64,000 nt of DNA, from positions 608,001 through 672,000 of the forward strand of contig JAFATB010000014.1 of the NCBI GenBank assembly GCA_019244185.1, read 5' to 3'. A program made the translations under genes and the position numbers. The DNA comes from Acidobacteriota bacterium. GTDB taxonomy: Bacteria > Acidobacteriota > Thermoanaerobaculia > Gp7-AA8. Of the stretch, positions 18,332 to 27,946 are shown piece after piece; position 1 is the first letter of the stretch; each line of letters begins with the position of its first letter. The notes under the pieces were generated by a model, which was not told where the DNA came from, searched no databases, and worked only from the letters and a program-made list of their open reading frames with translations.

Positions 18332-20061
18332 GACGCCTCGCCGCGGCACTCCTCGTCGCCGGGGTGGCGTGGTCGGCGGAAGCGGCGCGCGTGCGTGCGG
18401 TGCGCACGGGCGGCACGCCCGCGCCGGTGCCGCAGGCGATTCCGGTCTATCCGGAGCCGGCGGGTTGCGCGGTGCCGCCGGTGTTTCCCGGCGCGACGTG
18501 CAGTGAAGGCTCCGCGGCGTTCGCGGCGTTGCGCGACAACGAAGTCGACGCCGTCGTGCGCGCCGCGGCGAAAGCGCTCGACGTGCCGATGACCATCGCC
18601 GTCGTCGACCGCGCGGGACGCGTCCTCGCGCTCGCGCACAAGGCGGGAGCGGGCAGCGCGACGGACGATGATCTCGCCGTCGGTGTTGCGCGCACGGCCG
18701 CGTTCTTCAGCCACGACATGGCGCCGCTCTCGTCGCGCACCGTGCGCTTCCTCAGCGGCGTGCACTTTCCGCCCGGCATCACGAACACGCCCAGCGCCGC
18801 GCTGTACGGCATCGAGAACACGAACCGCGGCTGCGACATGAACCTCGACTTCGTCGCGGGGCAGTGTCTGCCCACGGCGCGCAGCGTGAACGGTTTGCCG
18901 TGCGACTCGACGAACGCGTCCGGCTGCGGCCCGGGTATCGTCACCGGGAAGGTCTTCCCGAACGACGCCGATCCGTCGAGCGTGAACGCCGGAGGAATTC
19001 CGCTGTACCGCGTCGACGCGAACGGCGGCGTCGTGTCGAATGGAAAGCTCGTCGGCGCGATCGGCATCAGCGGCGTCGGCGGCGACTCGCAGCGCGCGGA
19101 GTTCGCGTCGGTCAGCGGCGCATTCGGCTCGCTCGTCACCGGCATCGCGCCCGTGCCGTTCTATCCGCTGCCCGATCCCGGCAACGTCTTCATCGACGGC
19201 GTGCGCCTGCCGTTCCTCGGCCCCGATCTGCGCCTCACGTTCGCGAACGACGGTCTGCCGAACGGCGTGCGCCGGCTCGACGGCACGAGCGCCGGCACCG
19301 ACGCGACGCTCGTCTACGCGATCGCACCGGGCTTCGGCGGCTGCGCGCCGAACGGCTATCTCGTCGCGCCGCGTGCGAGCAGCGTGTCCGCGTTGAGCGC
19401 GGTCGACGTCGACACCATCGTGCAGCGCGCGATCGCGACGGCGAAGAAAACGCGCGCGGTCATCCGCCTGCCGCTCAACAGCTACGCGCGCATGGTCATC
19501 GCCGTGGCCGATACCGACGGAACGATTCTCGCGCTGTACCGCATGCCCGACGCGACGGTCTTCTCCGTCGACGTCGCGGTGGCGAAGTCACGCAACGTCG
19601 TCTACTTCAGCCAGCACGGCATCGGCTCGTCGGTGCCTGCGGGAACCGCGGTCAGCAACCGGACGATTGCATTCGGGGGCCAGCCGACGTTCCCCTCCGG
19701 CATCGACTCTCACGTCTTCGATCCGCGCGAAGGGCCGTGGTATCAGTCGCTCTTCGTCCACGACCTCGCCAATCCCTGCTCGCAGGGCACGCAGCCGGCG
19801 AACCCGAATCAGAACGGAATCGTCTTCTTCGCCGGCTCGACGCCGCTCTATCGCGGCTCGACGCTCGTCGGCGGCCTCGGCGTCAGCGGCGACGGCATCG
19901 AGCAGGACGACTACGTCTCATACTACGGCGCCGGCGAGCTTCTCCCGCCGCAGTCGATCTGGGCCGATCAAATCGTCGTCGACGGCGTGCGCCTGCCGAT
20001 GTTCAAGTTCCCCCGTCACCCGGAAGGAGTCACCGAGTGCGGAGGGCAGCCGTGCAGCTGA
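18328..20061 (+). CDS. Secreted heme-binding protein with two GlcG/HbpS-like domains
   Basis: Signal peptide; duplicated IAVVDRAG/IAVADTDG, ARTA/AKSRN and GAIGISG/GGLGVSG motifs. Confidence 0.8.
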   Translation: MRRLAAALLVAGVAWSAEAARVRAVRTGGTPAPVPQAIPVYPEPAGCAVPPVFPGATCSEGSAAFAALRDNEVDAVVRAAAKALDVPMTIAVVDRAGRVLALAHKAGAGSATDDDLAVGVARTAAFFSHDMAPLSSRTVRFLSGVHFPPGITNTPSAALYGIENTNRGCDMNLDFVAGQCLPTARSVNGLPCDSTNASGCGPGIVTGKVFPNDADPSSVNAGGIPLYRVDANGGVVSNGKLVGAIGISGVGGDSQRAEFASVSGAFGSLVTGIAPVPFYPLPDPGNVFIDGVRLPFLGPDLRLTFANDGLPNGVRRLDGTSAGTDATLVYAIAPGFGGCAPNGYLVAPRASSVSALSAVDVDTIVQRAIATAKKTRAVIRLPLNSYARMVIAVADTDGTILALYRMPDATVFSVDVAVAKSRNVVYFSQHGIGSSVPAGTAVSNRTIAFGGQPTFPSGIDSHVFDPREGPWYQSLFVHDLANPCSQGTQPANPNQNGIVFFAGSTPLYRGSTLVGGLGVSGDGIEQDDYVSYYGAGELLPPQSIWADQIVVDGVRLPMFKFPRHPEGVTECGGQPCS

Positions 20062-21974
20062 TCGCGGTCCTCGTCGCCACGCTCCTCGCGAACGGCGTCA
20101 TCTTCACCGACGAGATCCCCTTCACGCTCAACGGCACGACCGCGGCGGCGCCGGGCACGCGCGTCGTCGTGATGGTCGCCGGTGCGCGCGGCGAGACCGT
20201 CGTCGGCGCGGACGGCACGTGGTCGCTGCTCTGGACCGCTCCGCTGAAAACCGGGACGTATGACATCACGGTGGATGTCGGCGGAGCCGTCGAGACGCAA
20301 CTCCTGCGCGTGCAACTCCCCGGAATTCTGGCTCGCCAGCCGGGCATCGAGCCGTCCTTGCCGAAGTATGCCGAGCCGCCGCCGCCCGAGCCGTCGCTGC
20401 AGGAGATGACCGATCGCTGGCGGATCGTACCGCCGCCGTACGAGCTCGACGAGCACTCGCGCGGCCGTCTCGATCCGTACAACCAGAACGTCCTCAAGGG
20501 CGACTTTCCGATCAGCGGCAATGACACGTTCTTCGTGCTGACCGGCATCAGCGACACGCTCTCCGAAGCGCGCACGCTGCCGACGCCGAGCAACGTCAGC
20601 TCCGACCGGCCGGGGAGCTTCCGCTTCTTCGGACGCGACGCGCAGGGACTCTTCGTTCAGAACCTCATTCTCTCGGGCGATCTCTTCGAAGGCGACACCA
20701 CCTTTCAGCCGGTCAAGCAGCGCGTGAAGATGACGCTCGTCGCGAACGCGAACTACGTGCGCGTCGAAGAGAACGGCATCCTCAAACCCGACGTCCGCCG
20801 CGGCACCACGCGTGGCGACGGTCGTCTGTCGCTGCAGGAGCTCTTCTACGAGCGGCGCCTGCGCACGCTCTCGCCGAACTTCGACTTCGTCTCGTTCCGC
20901 GCCGGCATTCAGCCGTTCTCGAGCGACTTCCGCGGCTTCATCTTCTCCGACACGAACGCGGGCGTCCGCGGCTTCGGCAACCTGCGCGCGAATCGCATCC
21001 AGTACAACCTCGCGCTCTTCGACCGCCTCGAGAAAGACACGAACAGCGGCCTCAATCTGCTGAAGCGCCGCGACCAGCAGGTGCTCGTCGCGAACGTCTA
21101 CCTGCAGGACTTTTTCCGCCACGGCTACACGCAGTCGTTCTCGATCCACCACGTGCGCGACGGCGCGTCCGTCGCCTACGACCGCAACGGCGTGCTCGTG
21201 CGGCCGGCACCTGTCGGCGAAGCCAAGCCGCACGACGTCGAGGCGACCTACGTCGGCGAGGCGGGCCTCGGACACCTCGGCCGCTTCAACGTCGATCATG
21301 CCGCGTACTTTGTCTTCGGCCGCGACTCGCTCAATCCGATCGCCGGCGCCGATCCGCTGCTGCGCGGCCGCGACTCGGTGCGCATCGGCGCGGGGATGGC
21401 TGCGCTCGAAGTCTCCTACGATCACGACTGGCTGCGCCCGCGTCTCGGCTTCTTCTACGCGAGCGGCGACCGCAATCCGCGCGACCGCACCGCGCGCGGC
21501 TTTGATTCGATCTTCGACAACCCCGCGTTCGCCGGCGGCGGCTTCTCGTTCTTCAACCGCCTCGGCATCCGCTTCGCGTCGACCGGCGTCACGCTCGTCG
21601 ACCGCGGCAGCCTCCTGCCGTCGCTGCGCAGCAGCAAGGACGAAGGGCAGCCGAACTACGTCAACCCCGGCGTGCAGCTCGCGACGCTCGGTCTCGACGT
21701 CGACGTCACGCCGCGCCTCAAGGCCATCTTCACCGGCAACTACATCCGTTTCGATGCGACGGAGTCGCTCGAAGAGATTCTCTTCCAGGGCAACATCCGC
21801 AAAGACCTCGGCACCGATCTCAGCGCCGGCTTTCGCTACCGGCCGTTCCTCAGCAACAACATCGTCGTCGTCGGCGGGGCCGCGGTGCTGCTGCCCGGCC
21901 GCGGCTTCGCAGACATCTACGAGAAAAAAGACCCGCTGTACCACACGTTTGTGGACCTCATTCTTCAGTTCTGA
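20052..21974 (+). CDS. Putative outer-membrane beta-barrel with N-terminal Ig-like domain
   Basis: GGAGG then GTG overlapping the upstream gene; amphipathic beta-strands; ends TFVDLILQF (terminal Phe beta-signal). Confidence 0.7.
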   Translation: MQLIAVLVATLLANGVIFTDEIPFTLNGTTAAAPGTRVVVMVAGARGETVVGADGTWSLLWTAPLKTGTYDITVDVGGAVETQLLRVQLPGILARQPGIEPSLPKYAEPPPPEPSLQEMTDRWRIVPPPYELDEHSRGRLDPYNQNVLKGDFPISGNDTFFVLTGISDTLSEARTLPTPSNVSSDRPGSFRFFGRDAQGLFVQNLILSGDLFEGDTTFQPVKQRVKMTLVANANYVRVEENGILKPDVRRGTTRGDGRLSLQELFYERRLRTLSPNFDFVSFRAGIQPFSSDFRGFIFSDTNAGVRGFGNLRANRIQYNLALFDRLEKDTNSGLNLLKRRDQQVLVANVYLQDFFRHGYTQSFSIHHVRDGASVAYDRNGVLVRPAPVGEAKPHDVEATYVGEAGLGHLGRFNVDHAAYFVFGRDSLNPIAGADPLLRGRDSVRIGAGMAALEVSYDHDWLRPRLGFFYASGDRNPRDRTARGFDSIFDNPAFAGGGFSFFNRLGIRFASTGVTLVDRGSLLPSLRSSKDEGQPNYVNPGVQLATLGLDVDVTPRLKAIFTGNYIRFDATESLEEILFQGNIRKDLGTDLSAGFRYRPFLSNNIVVVGGAAVLLPGRGFADIYEKKDPLYHTFVDLILQF

Positions 21975-24900
21975 TGCGAAAGACGCTCATCGCCACCGCG
22001 CTCGCGGCCGCCGCTGCAACGATCCTCGCGCAAGCGCGCGACACGTCGTCGCCGGCGCCGATGCCGTCGCTGCGAACGCAGACGCAGGCGCAGGCCGACG
22101 CCAAGTCCGCCGGCTGCCTCACGTGTCATCACGGCATCGAGCCGATGCACGCGTCGGCCGCGGTGCGTCTCGGCTGCACCGACTGCCACGGCGGCGACGC
22201 GAGCGCGCGCACGAAAGAGGCGGCGCACGTGCAGCCGCGCGATCCGTCGCTCTGGAAGACCTCCGCGAATCCGCCGCGCACCTACACCGCGCTTTTGCGC
22301 GAGTCGCCCGAGTTCGTGAAGTTCATCAACCCCGGCGACCTCCGCGTCTCGCACGAGACGTGCGGCGGCTGCCACGCGAAAGAAACCGCCGCGGTGCCGC
22401 GCAGCACGATGACGACGAGCGCCGTCTTCTGGGCCGCCGTCGGCTACGCGAACGGCCTGCTCGGCCAGAAGCCCGCCTTCCTCGGCGAGTCGTACAACCG
22501 CGCCGGCAATCCGCAGATCCTCCTGCCCGCGACGCCGCCCACGCCCGCGCAGATCGCGAAAGGCGCGCTCCCGCGGCTCCTGCCGCTGCCGCGCTGGGAA
22601 ATCTTCCAGCCCGGCGAATACCTGCGCGCGTTCGAACGCGGCGGCTCCGCGAACAACACCATTCCGCCGGAGATCGGCAACCCGAGCGCGAACGACGAAG
22701 CCGGCCGTCCCGACATTCGCCTCGGCAATCGCGGACGCGGCACCGGCTCGCGCATCTCGCCCGGCCTCATCAACCTGCAGAAGACGCGGCTCAACGATCC
22801 GCATCTCTCGTTTCTCGGCACCAACGATCATCCTGGCGACTACCGCTCGTCCGGCTGCAGCGCGTGTCACGTCGTCTACGCGAACGACCGCGATCCGCTG
22901 CACTCCGCGTCGTTCGCGTCCGCGGGAAACACCGGACTCTCGCAAACCGGCGACCCGACCATCCCGAAGAACGAGAAAGGTCATCCGATCCGCCACCAGT
23001 TCACGCGCGCCGTGCCGACGAGCCAGTGCATGAGCTGCCACATGCATCAGCCGAACTCCTTCGTGAACACGTACCTCGGCTACACGATGTGGGACTACGA
23101 GACCGACGCGGAGCTCTTCTGGCCGAAGGAGCAGCGCCATCCGACGGAAGCGGAGAAGCGCGCGTCGCTCGATCACAATCCCGAGGGCGCGGCCGTGCGC
23201 GGGCTGTGGACGAATGTCGATTTTCTGGAGCGCGTTTCCGAGCTGAACGCAAAGGCGAAGCAGACGCAGTTCGCCGACTATCACGGCCACGGCTGGAACT
23301 TCATGGCCGTCTACAAACGCGATCGCAAGGGGAACCTGCTCGACGCGAACGATCGTGTCGTCGATTTCAACGATCCCGCGAAGTTCAGAAAAGCCGTGCA
23401 CCTGCAGGACATCCATCTCGAGAAGGGGATGCACTGCGTCGACTGCCACTTCTCGCAGGACGAGCACGGGAACGGGCAGCTGTACGGCGAGTACGGCAAC
23501 AACATCGAGATCGAGTGCCAGGACTGCCACGGCACGACGAACGCGTACACGAACCTGCGCACGTCCGGTCCCGCGGCGCCCGCGAACGGAACCGATCTCG
23601 CGATGGGCACGACGCCGTTCGGACGCCGACGCTTCGCGTGGGTGAACGGCACACTCTTCCAGCGCTCGATGCTCGACCCGAACCTGCAGTGGGAAGTCGT
23701 GCAGGTGAAGGACACCATCACGCCGGGACATCCGCGCTACAACGCGCGCTCCGCGTACGCGAAGACCATCCGGAACAGCGCAGGCGGCGTCGCGCACAGC
23801 GACGCGAAGATGACGTGCTACGCGTGCCATACGTCGTGGATGACGTCGTGCTCCGGCTGCCATCTGCCGCAGGAGCAGAACGCGAAGAGCGAGACGCATC
23901 ACTACGAGGGCACCGAGACGCGCAACTACGCCTCGTACAACCCGCAGGTCATCCGCACGGACGCCTTCATGCTCGGCGTGAACGGCACGACGAAGGGACA
24001 TCGCCTCGCGCCGGTGCGCTCGTCGAGCGCGCTCGTCATCAGCTCGACCAATCAGCTGCGCGACCGCATCTACATCCAGCAGCCGCCGATCGCCGCGTCG
24101 GGCTACAGCAGCCAGGCCTTCAACGCGCACGTGCCGCACACCGTTCGCGCGCGAGAGACGCAGGGCTGCGGCAGCTGCCACCTCACGAAAGAGAACGACA
24201 ACAATGCGTGGCTCGCGCAGCTGCTGCTGCAGGGCACGAACTTCGTGAACTTCATCGGCCGCTACGCGTACGTCGCGACCGGCAAGGAAGGCTTCGAAGC
24301 CGTTGCGGTGACGGGGTGGGACGAGCCGCAGGCGGTCATCGGCTCGTCGCTGCAGCGCATCGTCTATCCCGACGACTACGCGCGTCACGAGCGCAATCAC
24401 CGCGAGCTCGAGGTCGCGCATCACCACGATGCCGGCGACGCGCGCTCGATCCAGCTGCGCGGCGAGTACGTCTACGTCGCCAGCGGCGCGGATGGCTTCG
24501 CGGTGTACGACGTCGCGAACGTCGACAACAAGGACTTCTCCGAGCACATCACCAGCGCGCCGGTCTCGCCGCTCGGCCAGCGCACGTACGTGAAGACGAA
24601 GTTCGCCAGCGCCGTCGCGTTGCCGACGACGATGCCGATGGATCCGACGCGCAAGACGCAGTTCATCCCCGAGAACGAAGAGCAGCCGATCCATCCGCTC
24701 TATCGCTACGCGTACATCGCCGACCGCGAAGAAGGGTTGATCCTGGTCGACGTCGACACGCTCACCGACGCGAACCCGTCAAACAACTTCCTTGCCCGCG
24801 CGCTGACGTTCAATCCGAACGGCGCGCTCGCCGGCGCGAACAGCATCGCCGTCGCCGGACGCTGGCTCTTCATCGGCGCGCGCGACGCGCTCGTCGTCGT

Positions 24901-25549
24901 CGACATCGACAAGCCGCTGGCGCCGCGCATCGTGGCGACGCTCCCCGAGGTCAAGAACGCCACCGGTATCGGCGTGCAGTTCCGCTATGCGTTCGTCACC
25001 GACGCGCGCGGGCTGCATTCGATCGACATCACCGATCCCGCGCATCCGCGTATCGCCGCGAGCGTGCCGATCGAAAACGCGCGCAGCGTCTACGTCGCGC
25101 GCACGTATGCGTACGTTGCCGCGGGCAAGCGCGGCGTCGTGATCGTCGACGTCGAGCGTCCGGAGAAGCCGTTCGTCGACCAGACCTTCAGCGATGGCAT
25201 TCACGACGCGCACGACGTGAAAGTCGCGTCGACGAACGCCAGCACGTTCGCGTACGTCGCCGACGGCGAGGAAGGGCTGAAAGTCCTGCAACTCACGTCG
25301 CCCGAATGGACGCCCGGCTACGCCGGCTTCAGCCCGCGTCCCGCGCCGCGCCTCATCGCCGTGCGGCACACGCACGGTCCGGCGCTGGCGATCTCGAAGG
25401 GACTCGACCGCGACCGCGCGGTCGACGAGAGCGGCGATCAGGTCTCGACGTTCAACCGCATCGGCGCGCGCCCGATGACCCTTCCCGAGATGCAGCGCCT
25501 CTACCTGCGGAACGGCGCGATCTACACCGTCAGTGAGGAACCGAAATGA
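21974..25549 (+). CDS. Decaheme cytochrome c with C-terminal LVIVD-repeat beta-propeller
   Basis: Signal peptide; 10 CxxCH motifs (CLTCH, CTDCH, CGGCH, CSACH, CMSCH, CVDCH, CQDCH, CYACH, CSGCH, CGSCH); repeated YAYVA.G..G..xxDV units. Confidence 0.88.
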   Translation: MRKTLIATALAAAAATILAQARDTSSPAPMPSLRTQTQAQADAKSAGCLTCHHGIEPMHASAAVRLGCTDCHGGDASARTKEAAHVQPRDPSLWKTSANPPRTYTALLRESPEFVKFINPGDLRVSHETCGGCHAKETAAVPRSTMTTSAVFWAAVGYANGLLGQKPAFLGESYNRAGNPQILLPATPPTPAQIAKGALPRLLPLPRWEIFQPGEYLRAFERGGSANNTIPPEIGNPSANDEAGRPDIRLGNRGRGTGSRISPGLINLQKTRLNDPHLSFLGTNDHPGDYRSSGCSACHVVYANDRDPLHSASFASAGNTGLSQTGDPTIPKNEKGHPIRHQFTRAVPTSQCMSCHMHQPNSFVNTYLGYTMWDYETDAELFWPKEQRHPTEAEKRASLDHNPEGAAVRGLWTNVDFLERVSELNAKAKQTQFADYHGHGWNFMAVYKRDRKGNLLDANDRVVDFNDPAKFRKAVHLQDIHLEKGMHCVDCHFSQDEHGNGQLYGEYGNNIEIECQDCHGTTNAYTNLRTSGPAAPANGTDLAMGTTPFGRRRFAWVNGTLFQRSMLDPNLQWEVVQVKDTITPGHPRYNARSAYAKTIRNSAGGVAHSDAKMTCYACHTSWMTSCSGCHLPQEQNAKSETHHYEGTETRNYASYNPQVIRTDAFMLGVNGTTKGHRLAPVRSSSALVISSTNQLRDRIYIQQPPIAASGYSSQAFNAHVPHTVRARETQGCGSCHLTKENDNNAWLAQLLLQGTNFVNFIGRYAYVATGKEGFEAVAVTGWDEPQAVIGSSLQRIVYPDDYARHERNHRELEVAHHHDAGDARSIQLRGEYVYVASGADGFAVYDVANVDNKDFSEHITSAPVSPLGQRTYVKTKFASAVALPTTMPMDPTRKTQFIPENEEQPIHPLYRYAYIADREEGLILVDVDTLTDANPSNNFLARALTFNPNGALAGANSIAVAGRWLFIGARDALVVVDIDKPLAPRIVATLPEVKNATGIGVQFRYAFVTDARGLHSIDITDPAHPRIAASVPIENARSVYVARTYAYVAAGKRGVVIVDVERPEKPFVDQTFSDGIHDAHDVKVASTNASTFAYVADGEEGLKVLQLTSPEWTPGYAGFSPRPAPRLIAVRHTHGPALAISKGLDRDRAVDESGDQVSTFNRIGARPMTLPEMQRLYLRNGAIYTVSEEPK

Positions 25550-26859
25550 AACGCGTGAGCCTCGCGATCGCACTCTGCGCTGTCGTCGCCGTCGCCGCAC
25601 AGCAGCCGCCCGCCGCGCCGCCCGCACCAGCGCCCGAAGCCGCCGCGCCGTCGTCGACGCCTGGCCACTACGCCGGCGTGGCGTCCTGCGCGAACTCCGG
25701 CTGCCACGGCTCGACCCAGCCGCTCAACGCGACGCGCGTGCTGCAGAACGAGTACTACACCTGGCTCAATCACGATCGCCACGCCGGCGCGTACAACGTC
25801 CTCTTCAACCAGCTCTCCGCGCGCATCGCGAAGAACATGCGCCTGCGCAAGCACGCGTACGAGGAAGCGCTCTGCCTCGACTGTCACACCACGAACGTTC
25901 CCGCGTCGCTCGTCGAAGGACGCGTCGACGTCGAAGACGGCATCCAGTGCGAGGTCTGTCACGGCCCGGCCAGCGGCTGGCGCGCCGAGCACACGGAAGA
26001 AGGGTGGACGCACGCGCAGAGCGTCGCGCGCGGCATGATCGATCTGCGACGCATCTCCGCGCGCGCGCAGGTCTGCACGGCCTGTCACGTCGGCAGCGCG
26101 CGCAAGGAAGTCGACCACGAGCTGATCGCGTCGGGACATCCGCAGACGCCGTTCGAGCTCGATAACTTCACCGAGGTCGAGCCGCCGCACTGGACGCCGG
26201 GCAGGGAGACGCATGGCGTGCCGGCGTGGGCGGTGGGGCAGGTGGTCGCGTTCCGCGAGTCGCTCGACAACCTCGCGCGTCATGCGCGCGGCGAGAAGTG
26301 GCCCGAGTTCTCGGACATGAGCTGCTACAACTGCCATCACGATCTCAAGGACAGCCAGTGGCGGCAGGAGCGTGGCTGGCCGGATCGGGCCGGACTGCCC
26401 GCGTGGAGTCCGCAGCGCTGGGCCGTGCTGCGCTTGCTCGTGGGACGCGTGTCGCCGTCGTCGCGCGACGCGCTCGATCCGCTCGTCGCGCAGCTCGCGC
26501 GCAACGTCTCGCGCATGAACGATTCCGCGGCCGTCGCGGCGACGGCGGAGAACGTGCGTCGCGTCGTCGAGCCGCTCGTCGGAAAAGTCGAAGCGGCGCG
26601 CTGGAACGAAGGCGACGTCCGCGCGCTCATGGCGTCCATCACCGATGATCGCGGTGTCCTTGCCGACGTGCATTCCGCGCAGCAGGCCGCGCTCGCGCTG
26701 CAGAGCCTCGCCAGCGTGCTCACGCGCCGCGATCCGCGTCTGTTGCGCGGCGCGCTCGTGAAGTCGATCGACGCGCTCTTCGACGACGTGCAGAAGCGCG
26801 ACGAGTACGAGCCCGCGCGTTTCGCGCAGAAGCTGGCGGCGGTGAAAGCCGCGCTGTAG
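25546..26859 (+). CDS. Multiheme cytochrome c554-like protein
   Basis: Signal peptide; CANSGCH (CX4CH), CLDCH, GIQCEVCHGP, CTACH, CYNCH. Confidence 0.85.
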   Translation: MKRVSLAIALCAVVAVAAQQPPAAPPAPAPEAAAPSSTPGHYAGVASCANSGCHGSTQPLNATRVLQNEYYTWLNHDRHAGAYNVLFNQLSARIAKNMRLRKHAYEEALCLDCHTTNVPASLVEGRVDVEDGIQCEVCHGPASGWRAEHTEEGWTHAQSVARGMIDLRRISARAQVCTACHVGSARKEVDHELIASGHPQTPFELDNFTEVEPPHWTPGRETHGVPAWAVGQVVAFRESLDNLARHARGEKWPEFSDMSCYNCHHDLKDSQWRQERGWPDRAGLPAWSPQRWAVLRLLVGRVSPSSRDALDPLVAQLARNVSRMNDSAAVAATAENVRRVVEPLVGKVEAARWNEGDVRALMASITDDRGVLADVHSAQQAALALQSLASVLTRRDPRLLRGALVKSIDALFDDVQKRDEYEPARFAQKLAAVKAAL

Positions 26860-26924
26860 CGCGGCGTTCGCCTGCTATCATCGTCGCGGGTCAGATCCCC
26901 ACCACAATTCGAGCGGAGGTCGAG

Positions 26925-27422
26925 ATGGCGGAACCCTTCACCGGTGAAGTCCGGATGTTCGCGTTCGAGCTCGTGCCGGAAGGCTGGGCGCGCTGCGATG
27001 GACAGATCCTCCCCATCAGCCAGAACCAGGCGCTCTACAGTTTGTATGGGAAGACGTTCGGCGGCGACGGCATGCGGACCTTCGCGCTTCCCGATCTCCG
27101 CGGGCGCGTGGCCATTCATCCGGACCGCGAGCTGCCGCAGGGAAGCAGCGGCGGCGAAGCGGAGCATGTCCTCAACGCGTACGAGATGCCCGCGCACACG
27201 CACCGTCTGCGCGCCGCCAACGCGCCGCCCTCGACGAACGATCCTTCGCGCGGTGTGCTCGCGGGCGCGCCGATCTGGATCGCCGCGAAACATGGAAACG
27301 TCGAAGCTCTCGCGTCCGGCACGGTCGTTCCCGCGGGCATGCACAAGCCGCACGCGAACATGCAGCCGTATCTCACGGTCTCGTTCTGCGTCTCGCTCGT
27401 CGGGCATTACCCGAGGCGTTAG
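26925..27422 (+). CDS. Phage tail-collar domain protein, subtype A'
   Basis: GEVRMFAF..PEGW...FALPDLRGR, AHTH, HANMQPYL; GGAGG ribosome-binding site. Confidence 0.9.
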   Translation: MAEPFTGEVRMFAFELVPEGWARCDGQILPISQNQALYSLYGKTFGGDGMRTFALPDLRGRVAIHPDRELPQGSSGGEAEHVLNAYEMPAHTHRLRAANAPPSTNDPSRGVLAGAPIWIAAKHGNVEALASGTVVPAGMHKPHANMQPYLTVSFCVSLVGHYPRR

Positions 27423-27442
27423 AAGTTCCTCAGGAGGAAGCG

Positions 27443-27937
27443 ATGTACGACGCGTTCATCGGTGAGATTCGCATGTTCGCCGGCAACTACGCGCCGGAAG
27501 GATGGGCCTTCTGCGACGGCGCCGAGCTCTCCATCGGCGAACAGCCGGTGCTCTTCAGGCTGATCCAGACGAAGTACGGCGGCGACGGCCACAGCACCTT
27601 CCGGCTGCCCGACCTCCGCGGACGCGCGCCGGTGCACGCGGGCAATGGCTACGCCCTCGGGCAGAAGGGCGGCAGCGAGACCGTCACCCTCACGCTGGCC
27701 GAGCTGCCGATCCACATTCATGGGTTCAACGCCAGCACCGCTGTCGCCACCGACTCCACTCCCGAGAACAAACTCTTCGGCGAGGCCGCGAGCATGTCCA
27801 TCTACGCGGCCACGGCCAACGCGCCCGTGCCGAACGCGCTCGATGCGGCCGGCGGCGGGCAACCGCACGAGAACATGCAGCCGTTCCAGGTCGTGAACTA
27901 CATCATCTGCATGCAGGGCTACTACCCGCAGGGGTGA
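27443..27937 (+). CDS. Phage tail-collar domain protein, subtype B'
   Basis: GEIRMFAGNYAPEGW...FRLPDLRGR, IHIH, HENMQPF. Confidence 0.9.
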   Translation: MYDAFIGEIRMFAGNYAPEGWAFCDGAELSIGEQPVLFRLIQTKYGGDGHSTFRLPDLRGRAPVHAGNGYALGQKGGSETVTLTLAELPIHIHGFNASTAVATDSTPENKLFGEAASMSIYAATANAPVPNALDAAGGGQPHENMQPFQVVNYIICMQGYYPQG

Positions 27938-27946
27938 GGAGGCGCC

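Noticed and set aside
21298-25536. Long alternative-frame and antisense ORFs (e.g. 21298-25536, 399-2411, 2538-5252, 21965-24694, 31793-34051, 53763-55526)
   Set aside because: Arg/Ala/Pro-rich shadow frames of real genes, expected at high GC, with no recognisable motifs
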